Below, piece by piece: positions 51,606 to 64,000 of a stretch of DNA of 64,000 bases. Location: positions 186,001-250,000 of the forward strand of contig NW_026932470.1 in NCBI RefSeq assembly GCF_032062105.1, read 5' to 3'. Positions within the stretch are counted from its first letter, which is position 1. Every line of letters begins with the position of its first letter. The notes beneath the pieces are model-generated. The model was not told where the DNA came from, did no database searches, and saw nothing but the letters and a program-made list of their open reading frames with translations. The translations under genes and the position numbers were made by a program. The DNA is from Saccostrea cucullata. Lineage: Eukaryota.

Positions 51606-54600
51606 TTAAGACTTTTCTATAGATTCTGCTGTGGGGTTGCCATACTTGGTAAAGACTGATTTGACATAGTCTGCTAGTTCACCTTGTTTTTCTTCCCCTC
51701 TTTTGATGAAGGAATGTTTCAGAAGTTCCACATAGTTGGGGCGAGTTGTTACACTTTTTTGTAAGCTGTAAAACAAATCATAAAATTAACTTGTAATGAA
51801 TATCTGTCGAAATCATTAACAACCTATCAAAGTTTCAAATGCATTAATATACAGATGATTCAGGTATGATGTCAAGATCTAAGAACTAAAATGTACCATT
51901 TAGTGATGAAGTCCTCAAATTCTGCTGAGAATTCCCCTGGGGGTAAAGTGGGGGGAGGGTCCTGAACAACCTGTTTCAGCTGCTCAAATGGCGTTTTCCA
52001 GGTCGGATAGGGAAACTGACCAGTGGCCAACTCAATCTAAAGTAAAATATAAAATATAAAGCATGCATTCTCTGTTTTCCACACCTCACTGAGATCATTA
52101 CTAAATCATTTTACTATTAGAGAACCCCCCTTATCTGTCTATTGCTTTCCTTACCATTGTAATTCCTAAACTCCACACATCTGATCGAATGTCGTATCCC
52201 TTCTGTCCAGATTCTGGGTTAATTCTCTCAGGCTGCAACAAATATAAAGTTTTTAACCATTTCTCTTTCATGTAAGCTTAGATAGTGATTATTCATTCTA
52301 TTCCATAACATTTACTAAACAACAATAAAGATATTTTGGTTATTTTGATACATTGACCTTTCTTTTCCTTAAAAAACAAAAACAGGATGCACATGTTGAG
52401 AAATAACAAAATTAACATTTAGAAGAAGCTGATAATACTGAAGATTATTACTTAAAATTAAAAACAATTTTACAACAAGGGTTGAAGAAATTTTCAAAAC
52501 AGTGTGAAGTATTATGTCATTTAAAAAGACTGAGACTTACTGCCATGTAGGGTTTACAGCCAGCATCAATAGTTTTGGCCACGGAGTCTACAAGGTAACC
52601 ACTGATTCCAAAATCACAGATCTTGACCTGCCCCTTCTCGTTGATCAGGATGTTAGATGGCTTTACATCCCTGTGGATTACCTTGAGCTCAGACTGCAGG
52701 TAATGCAGGGCTTTAACTACCTGCACAGGTAAAAATAAACACAGATTGATTAATAGACCTGGTTTAACACTGAGACTTATAGAAATTAAAACCACTAAGA
52801 AAGTGTACAGCATTTAATTTTTCTGGAAGGGGGGTGTTTGCTGGAAATGTAACTTGAACTTGAAGACCAAATTGCAATGCTCTCTTCTGAATGACTTTAA
52901 AATTCTTGCTGATTTTGTTTATCAGTCCCTGAATTTTGAGATTAATGCAAAAATAGGTCAGCAGAAAATACAGAAATTATCTGAAAGGAGGGGCAAACAA
53001 GCCACCCCACTAAGCTTTTACAAGTACAGAGTGTGTAAATAATGCGGGGGACACTAGGACTTAGCATATTGTGTCCTTTGATCAGGTCAATGTAGAAAGG
53101 TGTGCTCTTTTGTGAGATCAAGTGTTTACTGAAGTATCCTATAATGAGGTCAAAGTGGATGGGGAATTTTGTAAAACTATATGCATTAATTTAGATAAAT
53201 ACAAATATATATATTATTGAAAACCTACAAATGCCTAGGGACAGGTCCCACCCAATCCCGTACACTATGGGCTGCTAAGCACCTGCATTTAAATATGTAT
53301 ATACTTACAGAAAAAGCTACACTACTGAGCACGTCCTCTGGGATACGGTCCTTGTTCTCATAGATTTTCTTATAAAACTTGTCAAGTGGTGCATCCATCA
53401 CCTCCATAACGATCCAAACATCTCCCTAACATATCAAATACATAAAGTTTAAAATTATCCCTGCCTGGTGTTGAAACAATAATGAAAATATAATTATAGT
53501 GTGTTTAACATTTTTAAGGGATCTTTTTAAAATATCAATTAAATTTTTTTTCTTTTTTTTGGCTAGCATAATTTGAATTTTCAAACAAAACTTGAACTGA
53601 CTTCTCTGAAGAGGGCCCCATAGAAAGTGACAGTGTAGGGACAGGATCCACTCCTCATATTGACATCTAGATCCATCAGCAGTCTCTTCTGCTCCTGACT
53701 ATTCACTGTCATAGGGATTCTCTGTAACCATTACAATGCACACATTACTAATGCTCTACAGAGGTAACACTCTCACACAGAAAGCTTGTGTTTATTCTTT
53801 AAACATTGAATTTTGGCAATCAGTAAATATTATTCCATAAAAGATAGTAAAACGGGAAATCTAAAAGGAAGTATAAAATTCTGGACATCAATAAAGAGGT
53901 CAGTTAGGACAAACGTCATATAATTCTCAAGCCAGCTAAAAACGCTTCCTGGCAGCATATCTCGCACACAACGGTGAAACTGATAAAAGCAGGTAATGTC
54001 AGATAATAACAGTTGGTAAGATTTCAGTTAAGGTGCACATTCCTACAATCTTAAAATACTTAGAGGTATACATCTACCTGTAGTAAAGAATAGAAACTTG
54101 GTACTGGTGCCATTAAATGCTATCCTTTGAGCACAATTCTTATCTACAGACACATCAATCATTTATAGTTTGAAAAGAAACTGATACCTTGACAGCAAGA
54201 ATGGCACCACTGGGGCGGTGCCGAACAAGGTCCACAATGCCATAGGCACCACGTCCCAGATTTCTGATAGTAATAAGATCCCCTGCATCTATCTCAAATT
54301 CTTTTCCCTCAATCTGGATTTTCACTTTGGAATCTGGAATTCCAGGTCTGGAAAAAAAGCAGGATGTCCATATAAATTTTGATTATCTTCTAAATTTCAT
54401 AAATTATCAGAAAAATATTTCCATCGTTCTATTTAAAGTTTTATTTGACATGTTGACAAGTGATATCAGATAACTCATGGTACATAATCTGATATTTTCA
54501 TATGGAAAATCTTTTAAATTAAAATTTGGGAGCAAAACATTAACTTGTACTTCTTTTGATTTGCTAAATTCCCAGCATTTTTAAATATTAATAATACATG

Positions 54601-56237
54601 TACATTAAAAAATCATGTTAGAAAACCTAACAGGTGCCCACTGGTATTTACTGCAGGAATTTTTCACAAACTATTGTTTTTTCCAGACTTCAGAAAATTT
54701 GCCTGGATCAGAGAAGGAAGTCAGGCTAAATTCAAGATTGGAAATTTACAGAAAGCATCAGCCTGTTTCCCATTACTATTGTCTATGCTTATACAAAAGT
54801 CTTAACTCAGCTACTTTCACATCAAAGAGGAAATATAACACTGTGAAAACCGAAAGTAATGAATGTATGTCACTCTGGCCTAGATTTACTTACACCTGAA
54901 CTGGAGTTTGCTCTTCCTCCCTTGGCATGGAGATTTTTGTTAGGCCTGGAGGGCGTCTTTTACCTGGAAAAAAAAAATACAAATACATACACTTACATGC
55001 ACTCATTATTAAACTCAGCCCATACCAACCATGTCCTGGTTATAAACATGCAACAAAAGTACAATTAATGTACACTACCTTTCCACTTCATTTTTCTCCA
55101 CTGCAATGTTTCATCTGACAGTGTTGTGTATTTTTCACTGTGATAAATTGATAGGCCCACATTTTTAATAGGTGGGAAAAACCCAGATAGCAGTTTCTAA
55201 AATCTTGTGTACGTAAAATCTTGTGACCTTCAGCATTTGTAGGAGTGCTGATGGGGAAAACATGATACAAGTGTTATATGTCAGCCCCCACTAACCCCGA
55301 TCAATAGATCACAATAGTGAGAGAAACATCCTGATTACTGTCTAGTTTTTATAACTGTTTACTCTTTGTGGCAACGAAATATTTCCCAATGTCCCAGACA
55401 TGTTTACTGAGACCGACTTCTGGGAGAAAGGTGACCAGGTACAAAATTCAGACAAAGCTTTTAACTGTATCGCTAACAAAACATTTACCCCATACTTAGG
55501 AAAGTGGATGATCTAGAGCAGTACTGGTTTAAAACCCTAGACCACACTATGATAGGCATGCATGGCATTTATGGAATGTCCAATTAATATAAATGTTATG
55601 AATTGTTTATATAAAGGTTATATAAAAATGACACCATTATTTTATCAATATATGATGTTAAGATATTGACCTATATGCACTCTTTTGATACTTATTTGTA
55701 AAGATATACACTTCAATACACAGGATTTCTATGTTTTACGAAATGCATAATATAAAATTATTAAATTCATGCATTAATTAAATGCAAATTCATTGAGTGT
55801 ACGTATATATATCCTGTTTCTTTGTTAACAATTTTAATAACAATTTGGCCTTCCACTGGGGGACACAGAACACACCTGACCCCCTCCCCCTAGGATACCT
55901 GACATTAGGAGAGACAAACTACCTGTGACAATGACCAGTACCTTTTCTTGGAGAATCCTTGGGTGACCCATTAATCCCAGCATTATATTTCACTGGTAGA
56001 GGGTTAGCCATCATTTTGCTTGTCAGTAATCACATAAACAATCCAATTCACTCTCACAGAAATTCAACCCAAAAATGCCCTTAGGAAATCAATACACAAA
56101 AATATTTTTCTTCTAAATTTCCAGGAATGCATGCATGTTTACAATAGATTTTGGCACTGAGCACATGATCATATCCGGATGAATCATCAAATACTATTGG
56201 TCAATCTACAGAGTATTATTTTCCCCTTGATCACACT

Positions 56238-56271
<34 letters not shown>

Positions 56272-59200
56272 CTGTGATTTGATTGGCTGTTATAAAGGTT
56301 AAACTACATAAAGGGGACTACCCAAATCGTGACTGCTGTGTTCGTACTCCGCTAGGTGACAGGCAAAACAATCTTCTCATGAATATTCATTGATATAAAA
56401 ATATCTTCAGGTATATATAGTGAGAGTCATGTTTTATCTACATGGCTTTTACTTGAAATTAACATACATACATTATCCTCGTACACCTTTCTGTGGATAT
56501 TTAATAGGAGAAATTTTTCTTTGGCATTAAAAATTTGAATATGTAACAATTGGATTGAAGCAAATATGCATTTAATGAAATTTAGTAATTATATCCCTGT
56601 ATATCTTACATGTGCAGTGTCAATTTTAATCTACATTCTTTAAAAATCATGCAGCTCCGAATTCTGCATGTTAAGCCTACTTAATTTAGACTGAAAATGT
56701 GTTGATATAAGAGTGTAGTACACGGTAGAATAGAGTTTTTGTCAGTTTCTCAGATTGTCATTTTTTTGGTTTGACTATCATAATACATTAAATGCTCTTA
56801 ATACCAAGAAAAATGAGAAATTACAGAACACCCCGGGCCCCCTTCCCCAAGGGAGTAGGCAATATTTAAGTCCCAAATTTGATATGTCTTAATTTAATAG
56901 AATTGTTAGCTGATAAATCTATAGAGAATGAAAAGTTAGAGAACTCCATATTCATAAATTTGTCTCATTTATATAGAATACAAACACAATTAATCTATAT
57001 TAAAAGATTACGCCAAATAAATATATATGTTATATATTTTTCATTTTTCATACCAAAATTCTTAATTAATTAAATAATTACTGACGAAAACTTATTGAAA
57101 AACGAAAAAATTCTGATTTCAAATTATAGACTTTGTAAAAATAAACAGTAAAATTTCTGATTTTCCAAATATTAACTTTTAATTATGAAAGTATAATCAA
57201 TAGTTTCTCTGTTTCAGATTTGTGACTGCAAGGGTTTTTAAAAAGAAATGATATTATATATTAAGGGTTTTCCATAGCTTATTTATATCTATGATATTAG
57301 AGTTTCAAGTGTAAGTTTGTTTTTATCACATGGACTATGGGGATGTGATCACATTTATTTTTGTAACAAACTTTGAACTATTTACAAACATCAACAGTCC
57401 AAGTAAAGGGCAAAATATTGAAGTCCTGCTTTTACAATTTAGGAGATTGAAGTACTACATGTATATAGCTATTATTCTAAATTACATGTACATCTCTCAC
57501 CACTTTATTAAGTATGCTTAGTTGCTTTACAAATTAGTTATATTAAAGACAATTTCCCAGCCTATGAAAATTTGACCTGCACAAAAAGTGCTAAATGGAA
57601 ATTTTGAAATAAAGAAAATATTGCTAAAATCCGGGCCCACTCAACTCACCCATGTTTTAAACTGATTACCTTTTAATTAATTAGAAATTTTAAATTTTTG
57701 TACATGTACCTATATCTAAATTGAACACGGAAATTCTAATTCTAATAACTGAGATTGCCTGTTTCTGGTGTTTCAGTGACTGGAATGTACCAGTAACTAT
57801 TTATGGGCTGGCATATTGTAACTGTCATCTGTATTTGTCCTCCATTCCAAAAAAATTAAATAATTAAATTAATGTTACTGCTAAAATTAGAGTTTCTGAA
57901 ACAATTAAAACTGCATTTATTTAAACTTTAAGGCCAAGAATCAGATATACCAATTTTCTCTACTTCACATGTATTTACCAATGTTATTTTTTTTTTATTC
58001 CACCCCACATTGAAGATTTAGGGGATATAATTTTGCTTTGTCTGTCTGTTTGTCTGCCTGTTTGCATTAACATTGCCCTTTACTTTTGATTACTTCTTAT
58101 TTCATATATTATGTATTACTCCTGACAAGATGTTTCTTTATATATGTGACCTATTGACCTTGAGGTATGACCAACATTTGCAAAAATTTACAAAACTTTA
58201 ACCTTGGCCATAACTTTTTAAAAGTTATGCTATGACTTTCATGTCTACATGCAGGTCTATTTATTTTTTTAGACAACATCTTCTTTGGGTACCAACATAT
58301 ATGATCTGTTGACCTTAATCTTGGAGTTTGACCCACTTTTATATAACTTTACTTTAGAATGGTTAGTGGTTGGCTTTCGTATTTCACAGGTATATTTATT
58401 GAGACAACTATTTCTTTCTTTAGGTATTAAACCGAAATTCTTAATCTTTCGACCTTAGACTTTGACTTGCATCTGAAAAACTTTGACCTTTGCCTAATGT
58501 AATCTTATGGGACATCAGTGGTTCACAAACACATCTTGTATAAAAAGTTAAAGTCAACATCATGGAGTAAAAATCATACAGCATTTTGGAAAGGCCTTGC
58601 CACAGTTTATAAACATGTAAAATATGAAAGCCTTTCTTCTCTTTTATTTTGTGATAGAAAGATTAATTAAAATTCCATGCAAGTATTTATCTATTTAGTA
58701 TTAGGGTGGCCAATCCTAACCCTGGCTCCATGGGTTGTTAATTTCGAACATGCATTCCCTAAGGTGCTTTTTTTACTGACATGTCTATTGAATAAATGGT
58801 CTTGCTTGAAAGATTTTCCTCCATATTTATTCCAATGAAAATCTGTATCCCGTTGTGACCCCAAATACCTACCAAGATTGATTGTATGTTGTTTAATGTC
58901 TCTCCAGAGAATTTTTCACTCATATGGAGATGCCACCACTTGCTGGTGGAGAGTTTGTCCTATGCTTGGCACTAAGGACCATTGAGCAATGAGGGATCTT
59001 TTTCATGCCAGCTACTACTGTGACACGGGACCTCTGTTTATACAGTCTCATTCAAAGGACTGGTCTCTACGTCCCACAGTGGGATAGGAACCCTCAACAT
59101 AAGGATCAACTCCTTACTTCGCGACTATAGAGAAGACGCTCTAACCATTGGGCCACGTGGGCAACAATACCTACCAAGATAGATGACTCCTGGTTGCAAT

Positions 59201-61007
59201 GATTTGAAGAAACTTCAAAACCTGATGATAGTACTGTTGCATATGAATACTATACTAAACATACATTTTTCTGCATGGGATTTATTTACACTATGTATGT
59301 GGACACAAATATTCTTTAGATTTTTAATTTAATGTGCAAACAATGGCAATACAAGAACTCCAAACAATTTTTAACCCCATTTTGAACAGATTTTAATTGT
59401 AAATCTGCACATTTATGACCATCATGAAATAGAAAATTGACAATTCACTAATCAGGTCCTGTTTTGTACCCAACCTACCCAGAGGTACATAACTTGAACA
59501 AACTTCTACCTGCAGAACTTGAGGATGCTTGTATATAAATTCTGTTGATATGACAAAACATCACCCTTAGGGGAAGAAAAATATTTATCAAGTTTTTATT
59601 CCTCTGCTTTCACAAAGTGGGGGAAATTAATTTCGGATTGTCTGTCCATCCATCTGTCTGTCTGTAACACTTTCGTTTCTGTGCAAAATCTCAATGTTTG
59701 GAAGCTTTTGCAGTGAAATTTTACACAATAACTCCCTATGGCCTAAGAAGACCCCTTTTGATTTTTGAGTTTAAAAGGTCAAGGTCATAAATTCTGTTTA
59801 AACACTTTCATTTCCAGGCAATATCTTGAGAAGCTCTTGCAGTGAGATTTCATACCATATCTTCCTATGACCCATGGAAGACCCCTGTTTATTTTGAGGT
59901 CAAAAGGGCAGAGGTGGTCAAGGTAATAAATTCTCTCTGTTTTAACACTTTTGTTTCCACAAAATATCGTGAGAAGTTTTTGCAGTGAGATTTTATACCA
60001 TAACATGAATTTAAGTTCCTATGGTCCAAGGGCAACCCATATTTATTTCGAGGTCAATAGGTCAAAGGTTGTAAATTCATTCTCTGTGTGTGTGTAAAAC
60101 TTTCATTTACAGGATAATATCTCAAGAAGCTTTCAAGCTTTTGCAATGCAATTTTTATACTGTTTCCCCCTATAGCCAGACTTGCCCTCCTTGAATTGTC
60201 CTTGCCCCCCCCCCCCCTTCCCATTTGCTCTTCTTTTTTTGTAACAGGTTCTGGGACACAGATTCTCTAAATTAGCTTGTTCCTCTTTATATTCCTTATA
60301 CAGATGTATAATTTTGAGCCTTTTTTGCTCTCTCCTACCCAATTTCAACAAACTTCACTCTGTACTTCTTGAAGATCTTTTATATTTATATGATTACTGT
60401 TCCTGCTATAGCTGACACTACTAATACTGGCAACTGCTTAATGGTTGCAATTAAAACTCATAGTAAGTATGATATATAATAATTATGAAAAATATCTTTC
60501 ATTTATCTAAAATATAATGTAATTTAAAGTTTAATAATAATTAAACTTTGTATGACCTGGTTATCTAATTTGCTTTATTTTCTAGGGGATTTTTTTCTTT
60601 CCATGCAGACACCTGCACTTTTAGTGATAAGTCAAAGTTCATTCCTTTTTAATATTTATATCATCTTAATGTTAAATGCTAACAATTTTCTTTTGCACTT
60701 TGCAAATTTGCTGAGGCAGTCAAATTAGGGAAGTCTAAGTGAATACCTCCGAAATTTTTTATAAAATTATTTATGCACAGTGAGGCAACCTTAAATAGAA
60801 TTTTATTTTATTTGCTATATAAAAATTATTTTTCTATCCTAATGTTGAAGTTTCCTAGATAATCTTACGATATTATTGTATAATGTTACATATTTAAGGT
60901 ACAGGACATCACGTTAGTAGGAAACAACCAGTTGTACCTTGAATAATAGACAAGTTTGATGTCTTATATGTTAAAATACTTTCAATTTCTAAGCATTAGT
61001 ATATATT

Positions 61008-61043
<36 letters not shown>

Positions 61044-61418
61044 GCCTTTAGTCTAGATACTTTTTAATCATGCAAAGGTCATTAACTCCAAAAGGGTAAT
61101 GTTCAAGAAAAACTAGGTGCAAACTTCCAAACCATTTTTGGTTATTAAATGGTTCTGCTTAAGCTCGTCGAATTTCTTAATTACTTAAATAAAATATAAA
61201 TTCCAATATCTTATGATACACAAATGATCTATCGCTCTGCGAAAGTGCACGCTCGAGAGTGGGCCAGTAGGTCATTGGCTTAGACGAGACGTTCTACAAA
61301 ACCACGAGACGTGCATTCCTTACTCCTATGGCTCAAATGCAAGTCCATACGGCTAAAGAATGATGCTAAACGCAATGTGCACCGAAACAAAACAGTTATC
61401 AGCTAGTTTACCTGGCAT
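51606..61418 (-). CDS. MAP2K6: Dual-specificity MAP kinase kinase 3/6 (p38 activator), about 343 aa
   Basis: Exons 61418-61412 (MPG), 54963-54894 (D-site [10 protein letters not shown]), 54347-54188 (LGRGAYG..LAVK), 53721-53602, 53425-53309, 52720-52541 ([23 protein letters not shown]), 52232-52155, 52036-51897, 51765-51606. Total 1032 nt in frame. SVAKT is the MKK3/6 activation loop. Confidence 0.94.
55942..56014 (-). CDS. MAP2K6: Alternative first coding exon of MKK3/6
   Basis: (M)[23 protein letters not shown] followed by a phase-1 donor AAG|GTACTG, compatible with exon 54963. Confidence 0.65.
57997..58540 (+). mobile_element. HINE-like element (same family as 1290-1589)
   Basis: gtct microsatellite, aaactttaaccttggccataa, end cacaaacacatcttgt. 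Confidence 0.6.
58879..59165 (-). mobile_element. tRNA-derived SINE with 15-bp TSD
   Basis: Flanked by AATACCTACCAAGAT at 58864-58878 and 59166-59180. Minus strand has A-box-like gtggcccaatggttagagc, B-box-like gggttcctatccc and a caat-repeat tail. Confidence 0.85.
59545..60130 (+). mobile_element. HINE-like element with ~140-bp internal repeats
   Basis: ctgt microsatellite and three gcagtga(g/a)attt..cctatg..gaccc units. Confidence 0.6.
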
Positions 61419-61428
61419 GATCCCCGAC

Positions 61429-61481
<53 letters not shown>

Positions 61482-62018
61482 CAAGTCTTCTACACGTGCA
61501 CCTCAAAATCAGCTAAATGCTTCCTTAAAGACAGTTATTGTAGCTCCTGGACCGCTAAAGCATGCTAGTTTTTGCACACTTTGATAACTGCTGCAATTTC
61601 ATAACCCCTTGATGTCACGGTACTGCCTGTTGCAATGAACCTGGCTAGTGCGAGGGAAACCCGCTGACGTCACGAATGACTCAGAGAGACGGGGCTTGCC
61701 TTCTACAGAGACAATAACAATCAAACTGTTACTAAGCATTTGTCTGTCTAATTTAATTTCAGTTTTTCTTATAACATTTTTATTTTTACATTGTAATATT
61801 TAAAAACAACAATACTATATCTCAAAAAGTATCTAAACAGAATTCAAAATATAAAGCGCTTGTGGCAAAGCCTTCAGGTCACGTGAGAACAAAATGGCGA
61901 ATGACAATGACTGACTCGAAGTGCACATTCCTCAGGATTAATTACCAATTTCGTAGGTAGAATGAGACAATTTTTTAACCTGAAACACAGTGAAAAAAGA
62001 CATTTTTAAAAGACTAAA
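61419..62018. promoter_or_regulatory. Divergent MKK3/6 and tweety promoter region
   Basis: GGGAAACCC (61654-61662), TGACGTCA (61665-61672), TGACTCA (61677-61683), GTCACGTGA (61878-61886), AAAATGGCG (61891-61899). Confidence 0.65.
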
Positions 62019-62135
62019 ATGAATTCCTATAAGGATGTGTGGTATGTGAGGATACTACACGATTTCCCTCATTTGAACTTTTCTTTCCACGAGACAAACT
62101 CAACATTTGATCCTGAAAACACCAGTTACCAGGAG
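62019..62135 (+). CDS. TTYH: Tweety homologue, first coding exon (gene continues beyond window)
   Basis: MNSYKDVWYVRILHDFPHLNFSFHETNSTFDPENTSYQE|GTAAAC matches the tweety N-terminal pattern (W..LLH..P...F.F......F.P....YQ). Confidence 0.8.
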
Positions 62136-62731
62136 GTAAACCACTTGTTACTTAAAATTTAATTTAAACAATCTTGTTTGAAGTTCTCAATGTAGCAAGA
62201 GTGATAAAACAATGAACAATCAATACCCAAAATATGTAATGGACAATAGATTCTCTTTACTTTCAGTTTCAGGATGAACTACTTCTTTGTAAATCCTGGA
62301 TCAGGAATTTGTTTTCTATAACCAAGTTTTAATATATTTTTGTTTTGTTTTTTTACATATTAGGGATTGGGAAGGCAAAAATGTATATCTGACTATATAT
62401 AAAATTGTTTGCAAAAAAAATGGTCATTTAACCCCCGTTTGGTGGTCAATCGCCCATATCGGTGTCTTTTTTACTTACCAAATGGTGGCCTTTTTTATTC
62501 AAATCCAATTTTTATTAAAATAAAGCAAAAGCGCATTTACTTAGGCATTGGAGAATTTTAATTAACAAAATAATCACACATTTAATACAATTTAGTCAAT
62601 TTTCCATGTGTAATTTCTGTGAAACTTCGTAAAAATGAAAGCCACAGCTGTTCTGGATGGCCAAACTATTTGCTCAAACAATACGAAAAATTATTTTGTT
62701 GTGTAAAGTTCGGTAAAAAATAAATATTTAG

Positions 62732-63711
62732 TAGGGATGTAAAATCGGTCAATTTTTAATACTCGGTTACTCGGAGATCGAGTAAGTAAAAGTCTAAATA
62801 AATATGAACATGTAAAACATTGAAATAAAACCACATGGTCTGATGGGAGGTTTACCTGTAAATGTGTTGTAACAATTAGGACATGTCAACTTTATGCCAG
62901 ACGAAATTTAATCTAACATTTTTTAAAGTCCAATTTATTTATCAAATAAATACGAGAAATAAAATCATAAATGGCTCACAGTGGTTTTGTTTAAAAAAAT
63001 AATCTGTTCCCTAATTGTAATGTAACTCTATCAATGCGTTTGACGTCCAAGTGATAAGTCGTCAGAGCTACATGTACAATATCAACTTGATCAAGTTCTA
63101 ACAGAGCGGATTTACGATCTTCGTACACTTTTCGATCATTGATTTCATCAAAATTACGAGGCGGTATGTTGTAGTTTGGTGCAACGATGGACATTAGATT
63201 TTTAAAACCTTATAATTCAACCATTTGCATTAATTGGCACGTAATCAAACGCATCCATATCAACAATCGCACGTGCAATATCGTCTGTCTCTTTCCCTGA
63301 GAATCTACGGCTTCTGGAGAATTGACAAAATTATCTAATTTATTTAAACATATATAATAGACCTTAAACGATGTTCAATGAAAACAAAGAATTAGAGCAA
63401 ATTAAACATAAGGGTAGAAGACAGCCGAAGGTGAGAAGAGCCAGGTAGGTAGCAGGTGCTTGGTCACGGTAATTACTGCACAAACACTGCCACAGGCGAT
63501 AACGGTCATTTAGAGGCTCAGGAAACCCTAATTACTGTATGTACAAGTGCAATGAACATTTTACGTTTAAAACCGATATTTTAATGCAATAATAAATAAG
63601 CTTAGAAATATTTAAAAATATACATCCGAGTAACCGAGTACCGATTTTAGTATTCGATACTCGGACGTTCGATCGAGTACCCGGTTAACCGGGTACTCGT
63701 TGACATCCCTA
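62732..63711. mobile_element. hAT MITE with 8-bp TSD
   Basis: ATATTTAG-tagggatgt ... gacatcccta-ATATTTAG; cgagta/tactcg subterminal motifs. Termini shared with 40070-40694. Confidence 0.92.
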
Positions 63712-64000
63712 ATATTTAGACAAGAGGTGCTAGTCTAGAGTAACGATCTGCGTCTATATAAATCTCTATAAAATCCTGTTAAACACGAGCTCCTTGTATC
63801 TTATTCGTTCATGGACACACACTTCATTTCTTTTTTAAGGCGCAACGCACTTCAAGTGCTAGCAATAATCTTTAAGTATAGATTTTAATTTATTTATTTA
63901 GTTTTTAAAATTCAAAACAATGCACAAAAATTTACGTCATCTAAATAAACAGTTTGTATACACACACTGCGCAGCCCAGTCCAACGCTGCGCTAGATTTA

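Noticed and set aside
1-62135. NF-kB and MKK3/6 as an immune gene cluster
   Set aside because: About 46 kb apart with four unrelated genes between them; no evidence of functional linkage.

Overview
AT-rich eukaryotic genomic DNA, most likely from an oyster (inferred from the 166-bp Cg170-like satellite inside Helentron-type elements). Seven protein-coding genes were reconstructed by hand from splice sites and reading frame. In order: the 5' part of a class-I NF-kB (p105/p100/Relish-type) gene (-), a single-coding-exon chondroitin GalNAc-transferase (+), an intronless coiled-coil ORF (+), a 12-exon FYVE + armadillo-repeat gene (-), FAAP24 (+), MKK3/6 with two candidate first exons (-), and the first coding exon of a tweety homologue (+). 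Introns carry many non-autonomous transposons: Helentron/HINE, hAT, TA-target and TTAA-target MITEs, and a tRNA-derived SINE. The most unusual signal is in the FYVE-ARM gene, where three independent exon-intron junctions have each been amplified into tandem arrays. These are 12 x 69 bp in-frame donor copies, about 46 x 80 bp donor copies filling a 6.4-kb intron, and about 14 x 28 bp acceptor copies. The result is dozens of duplicate splice sites and, for the 69-bp array, a possible ladder of isoforms differing by 23 aa. Coordinates were counted manually and may be off by a few bases. No database searches were run.
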